Assembly (NCBI GenBank): GCA_013265495.1
Contig: MU057801.1
Location: 1,171,879 to 1,235,878 of the forward strand
Length of the DNA stretch: 64,000 nucleotides
Source of the DNA: Vicugna vicugna
Lineage: Eukaryota
Direction of reading: 5' to 3'
The notes beneath the pieces are model-generated. The model was not told the DNA's origin. It made no database searches and was given only the letters and a program-made list of their open reading frames with translations. Positions 47,901-59,900 of this stretch are shown piece by piece; the stretch's first letter is position 1, and each line of letters opens with the position of its first letter. The position numbers were made by a program, and so were the translations under genes.

Positions 47901-50900
47901 TTTGCCATATCGAGAGACTGATTGAATTTATATTCCCATATATTCTCAACTAGATGTCTCAGGACCTTAGATTTGGAATCTGAGAAAGAAGGTGTTGCAT
48001 CTCCTGAGAGGAGGCGCTTGGGTTCCTGTTGTGTTTTTGTTTGGCTTGGTTTTTGTTTTCTTGTCTTATCCCTTGCTCATGAACAGGGTGGGGTGTGGAG
48101 GGTCAGAGAAAGGGGATGCAGTGAGACCCTTGAGTAGAACAGTAAAGGCTGATGTCTGTCATTCAAGGTCACAGGGACTACAGCCCCTTAGAGTGGGACT
48201 GGAAGTGGCCGGCGTTCTCGGCCATGAGAATGATAGAACGCTGCTTTCTTAATGTCTGGGAGGCAGGTGGGTTTGAACTTTGCCGCTCGTGAGTACCCTG
48301 AGGAGGGCTCCAGTGGTGTGTTCAGGCTCCACAGAACCCGCCCACTGTTGACGATAACCCCTGAAATGGTGTCAGAGTCGGGAGGCTGGTGTTCACCTTG
48401 CTTATTTGATCCTTGTTTAATTCCTCTGGACACAGTTATTTCTCTTGGAGTCTTTGCACAGAGGGATTTCCATCTAGAATGTTCCGAATTTAAGGAAGTC
48501 ATGAAGCCATGTTACCGGTTCATTTAAAGATGACCTTTGGAGTTCTGGGTTTGTTGTTCGGCGTGGCTTTCTTTGCCCTGTTTTTTTGGAGTTGTTGGAA
48601 GTGTTAGTGCATGACGCGTGTCTGCCGGTGGTCACGTGGCTTTTGTTTCTTCATAAGTATGTGTTTTTAATCTTTACATTCTGATGCATGGTTTCTTTAT
48701 TTCTCAATTTAACAGAATTTGATTGCAAAATGGCTTTTTAAAAAAGACATTTTTTGTGAATTAGTATGAATCTGGTATGTTCAGGAAAGAATCCTTCTGT
48801 TGGCAGAGACAGAGAAGAGAGAGTGGAGGTTTAGCATTAAAGAGCAAACACCCACCTTTTTTCTTTTCCTCAGAAGTGTGTTTTTGTTATTTAAGGATGG
48901 AATTTATCTTTTGTCAATACGGGAAAGTTTGCTTTTTACACAGCTTCTTCTCGTAATTTTAATCCAGGTGGATTAGCCTGGGGTTTAAAAGGTAGCAGTG
49001 ATGGCTCAGTGAATCAGGTGTGCTCTTGATCTTTCACACCTTTCGTTTCACTTAATCCCGGCAATAACCTCTGAAGAGGGAACACTGTCACCGCCGCTCC
49101 ACGCTGAGGCTGCGGCTTCAACTGCCCGGAAGGGTGACCTTGTGCCCCCGGCTCAGATCTGCCCGAGCACACCCATCTCGCTTTGCGGGTGCAGCCGTGC
49201 GCTCCTGGACTGACTGCCTTACTGGTTCTGTGGAGGTTTGGGGACAGTGTTGGCCACACGGCATCATGAGTGAAACTGACACTATACATTTTTAAAAGGA
49301 AAGTGTTTTAAACTCTATGTGAAATACAATTTTGTTTTGCTGTAACAAACGTTCTTAGCCTGTGGTGGGAGTTACCTTTATGCTAAGGTTTTAGCTACAG
49401 TATCATTAAAATATCTTCTTGAGCTCTCAGTTTAAAAATAATTCAATTTACTCGAAATACCTAATATACTGTGAATAACAGAAAAAACCTTTACCATGAA
49501 AACCTTTTCTGCCACTTAAGTTTTTGGTCATTTAACATAAAACTAAAGTTGCAGATTTTAAATTTTTAATTAAATATTAAAATCCTGTAGGCTGCTCCTG
49601 TCTTCATTGAATTAGGGACAGAAGGAAGAGATGGTAGTGAATTTAAAGTGATATCTAGGTCTTTGAAGTACTAGTAAGGTGTGCATTTTTCTAAGACGAC
49701 CAATAGAGTTTTATGTCTACATTGAATTTTAAAACAGTATGTGTAAAATAATGTGATAGTTATCTGGCAGAGTCTTGCTAAACTGCTGCTTTCCAGAGGG
49801 GTTGTACTAGTTTGAACACGTAGCATTTAACTTCATCTTCACCAGCTTGACTATTTTATGTATTACTAATTTATGTATATGTGTATTTTCCCCCTTTACA
49901 TAAAGTTTGCTATTTGATGGTAGAAAGTGATCATGAATTCCTAAGAACAGGGAATCACCAAAGGAAGACAATTTAAGTAGTAGTTTAAAAAAAATCTATA
50001 AAATTAAAATTTTCGTTTTTCTTCTGAAGCAGTTTTTACCCTCAGAATGTTCAAATTCTTTTCAGGTTCAGCGCAGGAAGCGTGGCGCTGTGTTACTCTT
50101 GGGGGAAGTGCGACAGGCCAGATCAGTCTTGGTGTTTTCTAAATACGTTTACCATGCCTGTTTACCAGCTCTTTAAAAAACGTAGTAGCACGAAGCATGG
50201 TGCTGATAGCGGCTGGGTGTAACTTCGTGTATGAAATGAATAATTAAATCCTCCTCTGAACATCGTCCTTGTCTGCAGAGTCCTTCGGTGTCTCCTAACA
50301 CGAGCTTCACCTCTGACGGCTCCCCGTCTCCGAGAGGGATTAAGCGAAAAGCGGAAGACAGTGACAGTGAACCTGAGCCAGAGGATAACGTCAGGTGAAG
50401 CCTTTTTTTTGGTAGCACTTTGTTAGCAAATTGCTGAAATAGAGGCAGTCTAATTAATGCTGTTTAGCCTAGAGCCTCGGTGCCGTCAGATCTTTGCCCG
50501 TGATCTTTTTATCCACCAGTAATTACTGTGGAGGGTTGGAACAGCCAGTCAATTCCAGGGAGAGGAGTAAGCTGTAGCCGTTAAACCCAAGCATGGAGAT
50601 TAGTATGCGCGTGGGTTCTTGCCCTCCGAGCCTCATTCCCTCTGAGACCAGGCCCCGGATCAGCTAGACGCGAGGTGCTGAGCTCGGACTGTGCGATCTG
50701 CACGCTGCTGTGCTGAGCTGGAATCTGTGAGCTGCTTAACCCAGAAGGCTCAGTTACTGTTGGATACATAATGTGGCTTGCTTTAGTCTCAGTTGAGAAG
50801 TTTTTCCTCAAGATGAAATATGCAAAAGTCATTTGGTTAAGAAATAAATATGTAGTTTTAAAAGCCGCGGACTTGCATATGCACGGTTCTGTTTCATTAC

Positions 50901-53900
50901 ACAGTTTTCCTTTAGCAGTATACTTACCCCCTTATAGTAGGAACCTTTGGTTCTTTAATTGGTCGAGAAGTTTGAGGTCATCATTATAGTAAGACTGCCA
51001 GCCTCTGCCGTAATTAAATCCAGGTTTGAATCCTGGGCTCCAAGTGCAGAAGGCCGACAGTCTCAGTAACTCATTAAGAACTTAGCAGAATGGTATGTTT
51101 CAGAGTTAAGCAAACAGCAGTGGTCCACAGTTCACCCTGCTACACGGGGTGTCGATGCTGTATTTGTATTTGTGGTTAGAAACTTGACAGCTGTCATGTG
51201 TGATTCTGTGCTTTCCAGACATCCTTTGATGTCAGATTCTGAGATCTCTGGTGACCTGTAATCGAACACTTACCTGACTTGAGTTTTACCGCTCTGCTTC
51301 TGTAACAATGGCTTTTCCTCTGAGAGTGTTTTTTGTTTTACTGTGAAGCCATCATGATCAATACTAGCTTAATCGTTAGCTTGATTTATTTAGTACTTTA
51401 TCATTTAATCCTTGTGCTGAGTATAATCGAGGTAGGAATGCTTCTATCAGGAAGTACTTGAGGGGGGAGGGTATAGCTCAGTAGTAGAGCGCATGCCTCG
51501 CACATGCAAGGTCCTGGGTTCAATCCCCAGTCCCTCCACTAGAATAAATAAACACCTAATTACTGCCCCACCCCCAAAAGAAATGCTTGGGATTCTTAGC
51601 ATCTATTTTGTTAATAGTTTCTATAAAATGGTGACAGTCCACATTACAGACGGAGAATCCTTCTCCTGGTTGGTGTTCTGTGAACCCATTGTGTGTGTGG
51701 GGTATGGGGTCCCCCACTGTCCCAAAGTGGAGGTGCCCGTGACACCTCTCATAGCCACCGTGCCGTGCAGTGAAGCAGCAGTGGCCTTAGGACACATCTG
51801 CCAGCAGATGCACAGAATGAACGGAGATAAAGCTCCGGCAGCTGGATGCTGGCTGCGGTTCCCGGGCAGGGCTTGGCGGGACCACTCCCGCTGCCCTGTG
51901 ACGGCTCGCAGGAATCACACTGAACGTCATTTCCACTTTCTTTTTTTGGTTAAAGCAGAAATCCTCCTTGGATTTCTTTCGGTTAAAGAAAACAGGTATT
52001 CGTGTAGGTCTTTTGCAAAAGCAGAGTGGTGTAATGCAAACTTTTGAAAAGCAGGGCACACTTGTGTCCTGAAACACGACCGCAATTAGTGTGTGAGACC
52101 GGGCGCCCGGCAGCGGGCAGTCTTAGTGTAGGCTCGCCCTACCTGGTGTTCCTGGTCGGGCGGGATTTTTTTTCCCTGCTGCTTTGTGTTCCTTCAAGGA
52201 AATGTTTTAATCTCTTAGAGAATGAGAAGTGAGTGCTTAGGAAAACATATGCTCCGGGTGAAAAATGCGGTTCTTCACGTTGTATTTTCAGTGATTAATG
52301 ATTGTGTAGTGAGTTGACTGACCTGCCTTTGAGTTTTATCAGAACACACACACACGCCTGCCTGCCTGCCTGCGCGTGCCCAGCCTTGCCTTCGGCTGAC
52401 AGCTCTTAGCTCAGAGCGCCTAAGGCCCAAGGGGGGTGGGAGGAGTGGGTTAGGTAGACACTTTACTCTTTTATAAACCACCTTTTACCTCTAAACGAGT
52501 TACCCAAGCAATTTTTTTTAAAGTAATTTAACTGACTTTTTTGTACAGTTTAAATATATTTTAACAAACTGAGGAACTTGCGCTATTAAAAATACCTGCA
52601 GTATTTGAATCTTTAAATGTAATTTTAGAATTATTCCACAAATATGAACATTTGAGCGAACAAGTGTTCTGTCTACTTTAGTGACTATTCTTTTTTAAAA
52701 TGTGGTTCTATAATGATTTGATTAGAATCAGTGTTTGAGTTTCTGATGTTTAAATGTCTTTAAGTTGGTAATAAATCCTGTGAAAGTAGACTTTTTAGAA
52801 ATTAAATGAAGCTGTGTTTGTTAACATTACTGTTTAACTTATTTACACTGCACCTGGATATTAAATATACATTGATTTGGGTGATGAATAGGTAGACAGT
52901 TACCAAAAGTACATTACTTGAGCATGAACTGGCTTTGCCTGGATTTTAGACTGTGGGAAGCGGGCTGGAAGCAGCGGTACTACAAGAACAAATTCGACGT
53001 GGACGCGGCCGATGAGAAGTTCCGTCGCAAAGTTGTGCAGTCTTACGTGGAAGGGCTCTGCTGGGTTCTTCGCTATTATTACCAGGTACAGAGGGAATGC
53101 TTTCCTTTAGAGCTCCAGCTTTTAGTCATTTTAGGAGAATAGTTTCTGTAATAATGTGTGCCATTGAGCTATATTCTGAATTAAACCTAGACTCACTTTT
53201 TTTTAAGCTTTTTGTTTAGAAATTCATCACTTTAAATAATATTTGTTTCTAAACCTCCTTGGGTGTTAATATACAAACAAAGCTAATGTATGTTGTGTTG
53301 AAGGGCTTCCACATCGGGTATCGTTGAGTGTACTTTGTCTTCCAAATGATTTAAGTTTAGTGTTCTTTAAAATTGGAATGAAAAAATACTTGAGTAGCTA
53401 ATAGATAGGCGCTCAGTGACTGAACAGAGGACAAAGCCTGGAAAATTCTGGTAAGAATCTGAGGATCTTGAATGATACCACTTCCTCCTTCCTCGCGGCC
53501 TGTGATAACTGAGCTGTCAGACTGGTGAGAGGCCAGGCAGACACGTGGGGCTGTGGCGCCGGCGGTTCTGTCTGGTTTTGTGCTCGGAGAGGGAAGCAAG
53601 TGAAGTTTGGTGTGATCTGAGAGTAGGGGAGCCTAGGAAGTAGAAAGTAATGCACCAAGTATCACCTATAAAGTATTTTAATTTCATGTTTTACTCCTGC
53701 TGAGATTTTAATCCACCAGGCACAGGGTCCAAACACATACCAGGAAGACCTCTCTTTTCTATGAGCATAACTTGCTTTTGTTTTGGGGGGTTTTTTGGTG
53801 GGCTTACTTGAATAGTTTTATAATAGAGAAATTTGTCACTGAAAGTATAATAGGGAATTGTAAGGTAAGACTTTTCCCTATTTTATTCTCAGTCACGGTG

Positions 53901-56900
53901 CTGTCCCCTCCTGGCCTGTCGGCCCAGGGAGTGTCAGCTCAGCTGCTTTTCATTGTGTTTGATGACAGCAGCTCCAGAGTTGTAAAAAATGCCACCAGCC
54001 ACATTTTAAGGACGAAAATCTTCACCAGATTGTGTTTGTTAATATAAAGTTTGGTATTAGCTACTGATAATTAAAGACATTTTGCAGTATTTTTTAAATC
54101 AAGGGACCATTGACATGAAATTTTAAAGTTCAGATTTAATCTAATAACTTCTAGGACTTGTGGAAAAATTAACAGAAGTCATGTGTTTTATAAATGGAAT
54201 GTTATAGGCTGAATAGTCGAGTCCTTCTTTCTTTGTCTCTGTGTCACTGACATCATTGTGGGTTTTGCTGTCTGGTGGCTAGGGCTGTGCGTCCTGGAAG
54301 TGGTACTACCCGTTCCACTACGCGCCGTTTGCTTCAGACTTTGAAGGTATTGCGGATATGCCCTCTGATTTTGAGAAGGGGACTAAACCGGTAAGCCGAA
54401 TTATTTAGGGCCATAAAATTCATAGAATTCTGGCTTAGATAAAAATTGTGTGTCAGATGTTGAAGTTTTTTCCTTTTTGCAGTTTAAACCACTGGAACAA
54501 CTGATGGGGGTTTTTCCAGCTGCAAGTGGTAACTTTCTGCCTCCGTCATGGCGGAAGCTCATGAGTGACCCTGTGAGTCTTTCAGTGCTTTGAGGGTGTT
54601 GGGACCTGGGTTTCTGTCATACATTTTACTAGCAATAGTCACAATTGCTTTTGCATCTCGTCTTTAAGAGCGTGAAGTGCAGAAACAAATGAAAGTATTT
54701 GAGTTCTTCTGTATATTTTTCACTGCTTTTTTTTTCCTGCTTCCCTTGGCCATCAGTACCCTAACCAGTAAATAAAATTGATTTGTGTTTGGGGAAAATT
54801 CTTAGAACAGGTGTTGTGTTCTCAGCTTCCCTGTAAGCCATTATTTTTGTTTGTTCCAGCCTTCGTGGTGGCTGCCAGAGCTCAGAAACCTGGCCCGCCT
54901 GGAATCCCCTCCAGGCTGGCTTTGTGCCCTGGGAGGCGCGAGACTCAGCTGGGAGGTGGGGTGGTCACAGTCAGTAAGCTCTTCACTGCCTGTCTTGGGT
55001 GCACAGCTGTCCACTCTGGAATTCTATAGTAATGCCTCTTTTTCATCTTTTACAAATTACAGTTAATAAAATTACTTATTTTGTTTCACTAAACTTGCAA
55101 TTTAAAGAATACCATTTTAAAAAGGAATGAAAGCTCGTTTTCTTATCAAGCCTGATAACATGATCAGAAGTTACATTAACACCTTTACAAGAGAAATGTG
55201 TGGCTTCGCGTTTTGAGTCTACGTTTCTCCCCGGTGCAGGATTCTAGCATAATCGACTTCTACCCTGAAGACTTTGCCATTGACTTGAATGGGAAGAAGT
55301 ATGCATGGCAAGGTAAGGTTTAGACATGAGTCCTTTTTGTTGAAACAGTTTTCTCTTTTTGCTAGAACTCTGAGCAAACACGATTTATGGGATAAAACGT
55401 TTCCTGTAAAAGATAAATATTTTAGAATTACATGTGAAAATTTGATATTTTTCCATCCCACCTGATTAGCAGTGATTGCTAGTAATTTTAATAGTAGCAT
55501 TCTGATAAACAGTAAACTGGGTTGAAATAGGTTAATCATTATTTTTTGGATCTCCTTGTAGTTAATGGGACTTGGGACATGCTCCTTTCAGTCACTGACC
55601 CCTTGTGAGGCTGCTGAGGGACGTAGAGGTGTGAGCATGCCCTTGTAGAGGTTTGCTCATACTCCAGGGACACTTTTGAAAAATGTGTTAGAAATTTAGT
55701 TTAAATACTTGACATTAATCATAATTTAAAGTTTATTTCTTATTTGTATATTATTTTCTCATTTCCTCTGTTCACAGCTTTTGTAAGAATGACAATATAT
55801 GAAATTTGTACTAAATTTAAGATGATACTTACCTGCTCAAAAATGCATGATGACTGATTGTAAAGCACAGTGAAGTCTCGCACAGGCAGCCAGCCAGCTG
55901 TCGTGCACCAGACCCCATTCACCAAATCATGTTTGCCTCTTCTTCCACCATACGTTTTTCTAGAGTAGTAAGCATGTTTGGTAAAATTACGTTTTCACTC
56001 TTTTTCCTTGATTATTCCCCGTGGTGCAGAAGACCTGTGAAATGCCTCAAAGAGAGTTGTGGAGCAAAGGGGAATAGAGAGTAACTTACAGATCGAAGCG
56101 ATCACTTGATGAGGTTTTAGGGTGGACTCTTGGTGTCTGTAGTAGCAGGAGTTCCCTGTTACTTCATAGCGGAGTGCTGACGGGCCTGTGTCTTGTCGAT
56201 TGTAGGTGCTGTGCTCTGTGGTCGTGTTTTCCAGGTAAATGGATTGAGCTCTTTGGTTGTTTTAATACGTTTGTGGAGTAATCAGAGAGGGAGAGGAGGC
56301 GTAGAAGGACGGGTAGTGAAGTGAAGATGTAAGTGCATTTGTCTGTTTGTTAAAGTGTTTTGTTAAATGAGTAAATACGCAAGCGTGCAGGTGACCGCTG
56401 ACTGTCACTGTGGTAGAAACCGTCCAGAGGAGTCGTGTCTGTTTTGGAAAATGGTCTGTTCAGGTCCTTTGTCCATTTTTGAAACGGGTTTTTGTTGTTG
56501 TGTCGCAGGAGTACTTTATATGTGCTGGACACTAATCTCACCAGATACGTGACGTGCATGTATTTTCTCCCGTTCTGTGGGTCATCGTCTTCTGTTGATA
56601 GGGTCCTTGAATGCACAAAAGTTTAAAATTTTCCAAGTCCAGTTTTTGTTGGACTATTTTGTTGTTGCCTTTGCTTTTGGTGTCACATCTAAGAAATCAC
56701 TGCCAAATCCGGTGTCATGAACTTCCTCTGTGTTCTTCTGAGAATTTTGTAGTTCTGGTGCGTGCATTTAGGGCACTGGGCCATTTTGAATTAATTTCTG
56801 TGTATGTTGTAGGGGAAGGGCCCAGCTTCATTCTTTTGCGTGTGGATGTCCATTTTCTCAGCGTCGTTCGCTGAGACGACTGCCCTTTCCCCGGTGGATG

Positions 56901-59900
56901 GTCTTGGCACCCTTACTGAGAATCAGGTGGCTGCGTGTGCGGGCTCATTTCTGGGCTGTCTGTCTGTTGCTCGGTATATCTGTCTTGACGCCAGTACCAT
57001 GCTGCCTTCGTTTCTGGTAAGCTTTGAAATCCGGAGGCGTGAGTCTTTCAGTTGCATTTTTCTTTTTCAAGATTGTTTTGGCTTAAGATTCCAGGTGAAT
57101 TTTAGGCTGGGTTTAAACTCAGATCTTTAATATTTTTATATTTTATATAAACATTTTCATCTATTAGGTTCTAACAAGAACACACCGTTCTTGAGGTAAA
57201 ATGCAGTCCTGTTGGGAGAGGCAGTCTTTTCTTCACACATGTCTTTAAAACCCATGCAGAGTAATGATAGTCGTTAGGTTCTTGTCTGAGTACATCTTAA
57301 AATGGTAGAAGGGAAACATAGCTGGGTACTTTTCCAACGTTTATTGAACATGTGTTCTTACCAACATTGTATGTAATGGTAGCAATGTTGTGTTTTCATA
57401 TTTGCGTAGTACGGAGAGAAGGACTGTATAGCAGAGACATTCCGAATGCTGTGTATTTTACATATGAATGGAAAATTTAAGTAATCTGATTGGAGTCCCA
57501 CAGTGGCAGAGCTAAGAGCTGAATCCGGAGAGTCTGACCCCTGTGTCTACCTGCACGGTACTGCCGTCTGGGCCGCCTCTGGGTTGTGGAGAGGACCGAG
57601 TGAGTGAGAGCATGTAACGGGGTGGGTGCTCGGGAGGGAGTAGCTGCTGTTGTCCTGGGTGCTGTCGGCTCGTCCTCCAGCGCTGCCAGGGCCGCCGGGG
57701 TCACGGCTGGTGCGGGCGCTCGGCTGTCCTGGCCGGGGTGGCGTGTGTGTTGCCAGGAGGACCAGGTGGTTGTCATTGGCCTGCAGGTTGCTTCCTACGT
57801 GGAGTTAGCTTCTGGCGCTGGCATTGTAGGAAGGCCTTTCTGAGTATTTTAGGTCCTAAATCTGGTAGGTAGAAGACAAAGCTACATAATGTTGCTGTTT
57901 TTTCATGATACAACTTTTTTAGGTGTGTGACTAATTAAACTTGAACAGCTTTCTAGGTTTTTCCATCTGAGTGCTTACTGGTGATTGAAATAGCCTGACT
58001 CAGGATAGACGTTAACAACCTTGAAATCATGTTTTAGGCGCTATAAGATTCCCACTAGAACTTAGTTTCTTTTTAACGTGAGAAAATACATATATATTCT
58101 CCTCACTAGGTAGTACAATGGCACACGTTTCCTAACTTTGAAAATATGGTAGCTAAATAATTAACGACTTTGGAAACCTTTCATTTCTCATCACTTTAAA
58201 GGGAGTCATCACAAACACAGCAGTTTTGAGTGGCAGTAGTTTCAAAATTATTTAGCTCTATTTGGCATTTCTCTTTGCTGTTTACCTTAAAGTTTTTATT
58301 TGGCCAAAATGCTATTTATACTATAACAGCAGAACTTAACGCGCTTCGTAACTTCCTACGTTTCCTGGTAGGAGATAACTGTGTTGCTGATGCACTTCTT
58401 TGGTGGTCGTGCACGTGGGTCCAGGTAAAACACTGACCTTAATTCCAGCACGCGCCAGACGACAGCTTTCAGCCTGAAGATGAGCATCTCTCCTACCCTC
58501 CCCAAAGTTATTTAAGCAAACAGGTCTCCACTGTTTGTGTGTAAAAGCTGGTCTTCAGGTTTCAACATGGAAACAGTACTATGCGGTTTTAGAGCTGGAA
58601 TAGACATTTCGAATAATCTAGTTGAACAACACTTACGAGTATTCCTGTTGAATGATCTCAGCAGGAAGACACCAAGGTCCTAGAAGGATGAATGGTCAGA
58701 CCTAAGCCCTTGGGAGGTTGGCCGCTTGCCCGAGGGCGCCCAGTAAGTGAGGCTGAGAAAGAGACTGGTGTCTCGGCCTCTTGTTCATTTAATTTAGAAT
58801 TTTTATTATCACAGAGTTAAGCTCAAACATGGTTTCCCATATGAGCCATTTTAAGGATGGAAATTTTGGAATTTTTTCTTTTACATTTGAATTTTGGCTG
58901 AAAATTAGAGCTCAGTTCCAAAGTGTTTATATTAGCAGGAACATCCTATGAGAACTGTTAGCTTGGACCAGCTGGAAATTAGGTGACTAATAGCAGCGCG
59001 GTTGGTGTGCATTGGTCTCCCCAGGTGTCGCGCTGCTGCCATTCGTGGACGAGCGGAGACTGCGGGCCGCCCTGGAGGAGGTGTACCCGGACCTCACTCC
59101 CGAAGAGTGTAAGGCTGCACTCACCTGGTCGCCGCTGAGTCTGCGTCCTACACGCGTCACGTTTCCTTCTAAAATCTGACTTTCCATTTGTCAAATTTTT
59201 TATAAAAGGGGGCATAAATCATTGGTTTTAACTTCTTTGTAACAAAAGCTGAATTTGTTTTTTAAAATTTATTATCCATAAATTGAATCGTCACTAAATG
59301 AAAATCTTAAACTGACAGGTGTTTGACTTCCTCCATCTCCCTTTTTCCCTTCACCTGCCCCCAACCCCGGCTCAGTACCAGTAACTTTGCTTGAAGATTG
59401 TGACACGAGAGTGCTTGCTCATGTTATTTTTCACAAAAGTGGGATTTTGTCGTTAATTCTGATACTTAAAATGTTGGGAAATTGCAGGGTGGGCTCTTGG
59501 AAAATTTGTTGAATACCAGTGTAATAGACCTATAGAAATAATTCCTCTGTCAACCATCCTTAGGATAGTTTTTGTGCTCAGGTGACACGATGTGTGTCTT
59601 GCAGTGAGATGCTGAGCTCCGCAGAGGGAAGGAAGCGTGGGCCTCCCCGTGCAGCCCTGTGCTCAGCCGGCTTTTAGTGATCCTTTCCTGACTGTCACTG
59701 ATCTGTGAAGCCTTTTTGCTAGTTTTTTTTCCTACAGAGCCGTGTCACATATTTAGGCCTCTTGCTGTTAATTTATTTTTCATAAACTTTATAATTAAGT
59801 TTACAAAATTTGGATGCCTTTTACTGCTTTTGCAAGTACAGCTGTCTGATGCCCCTCTCTCCCTCCCCCAGCCAGGAGAAACAGCCTGGGCGGCGACGTG

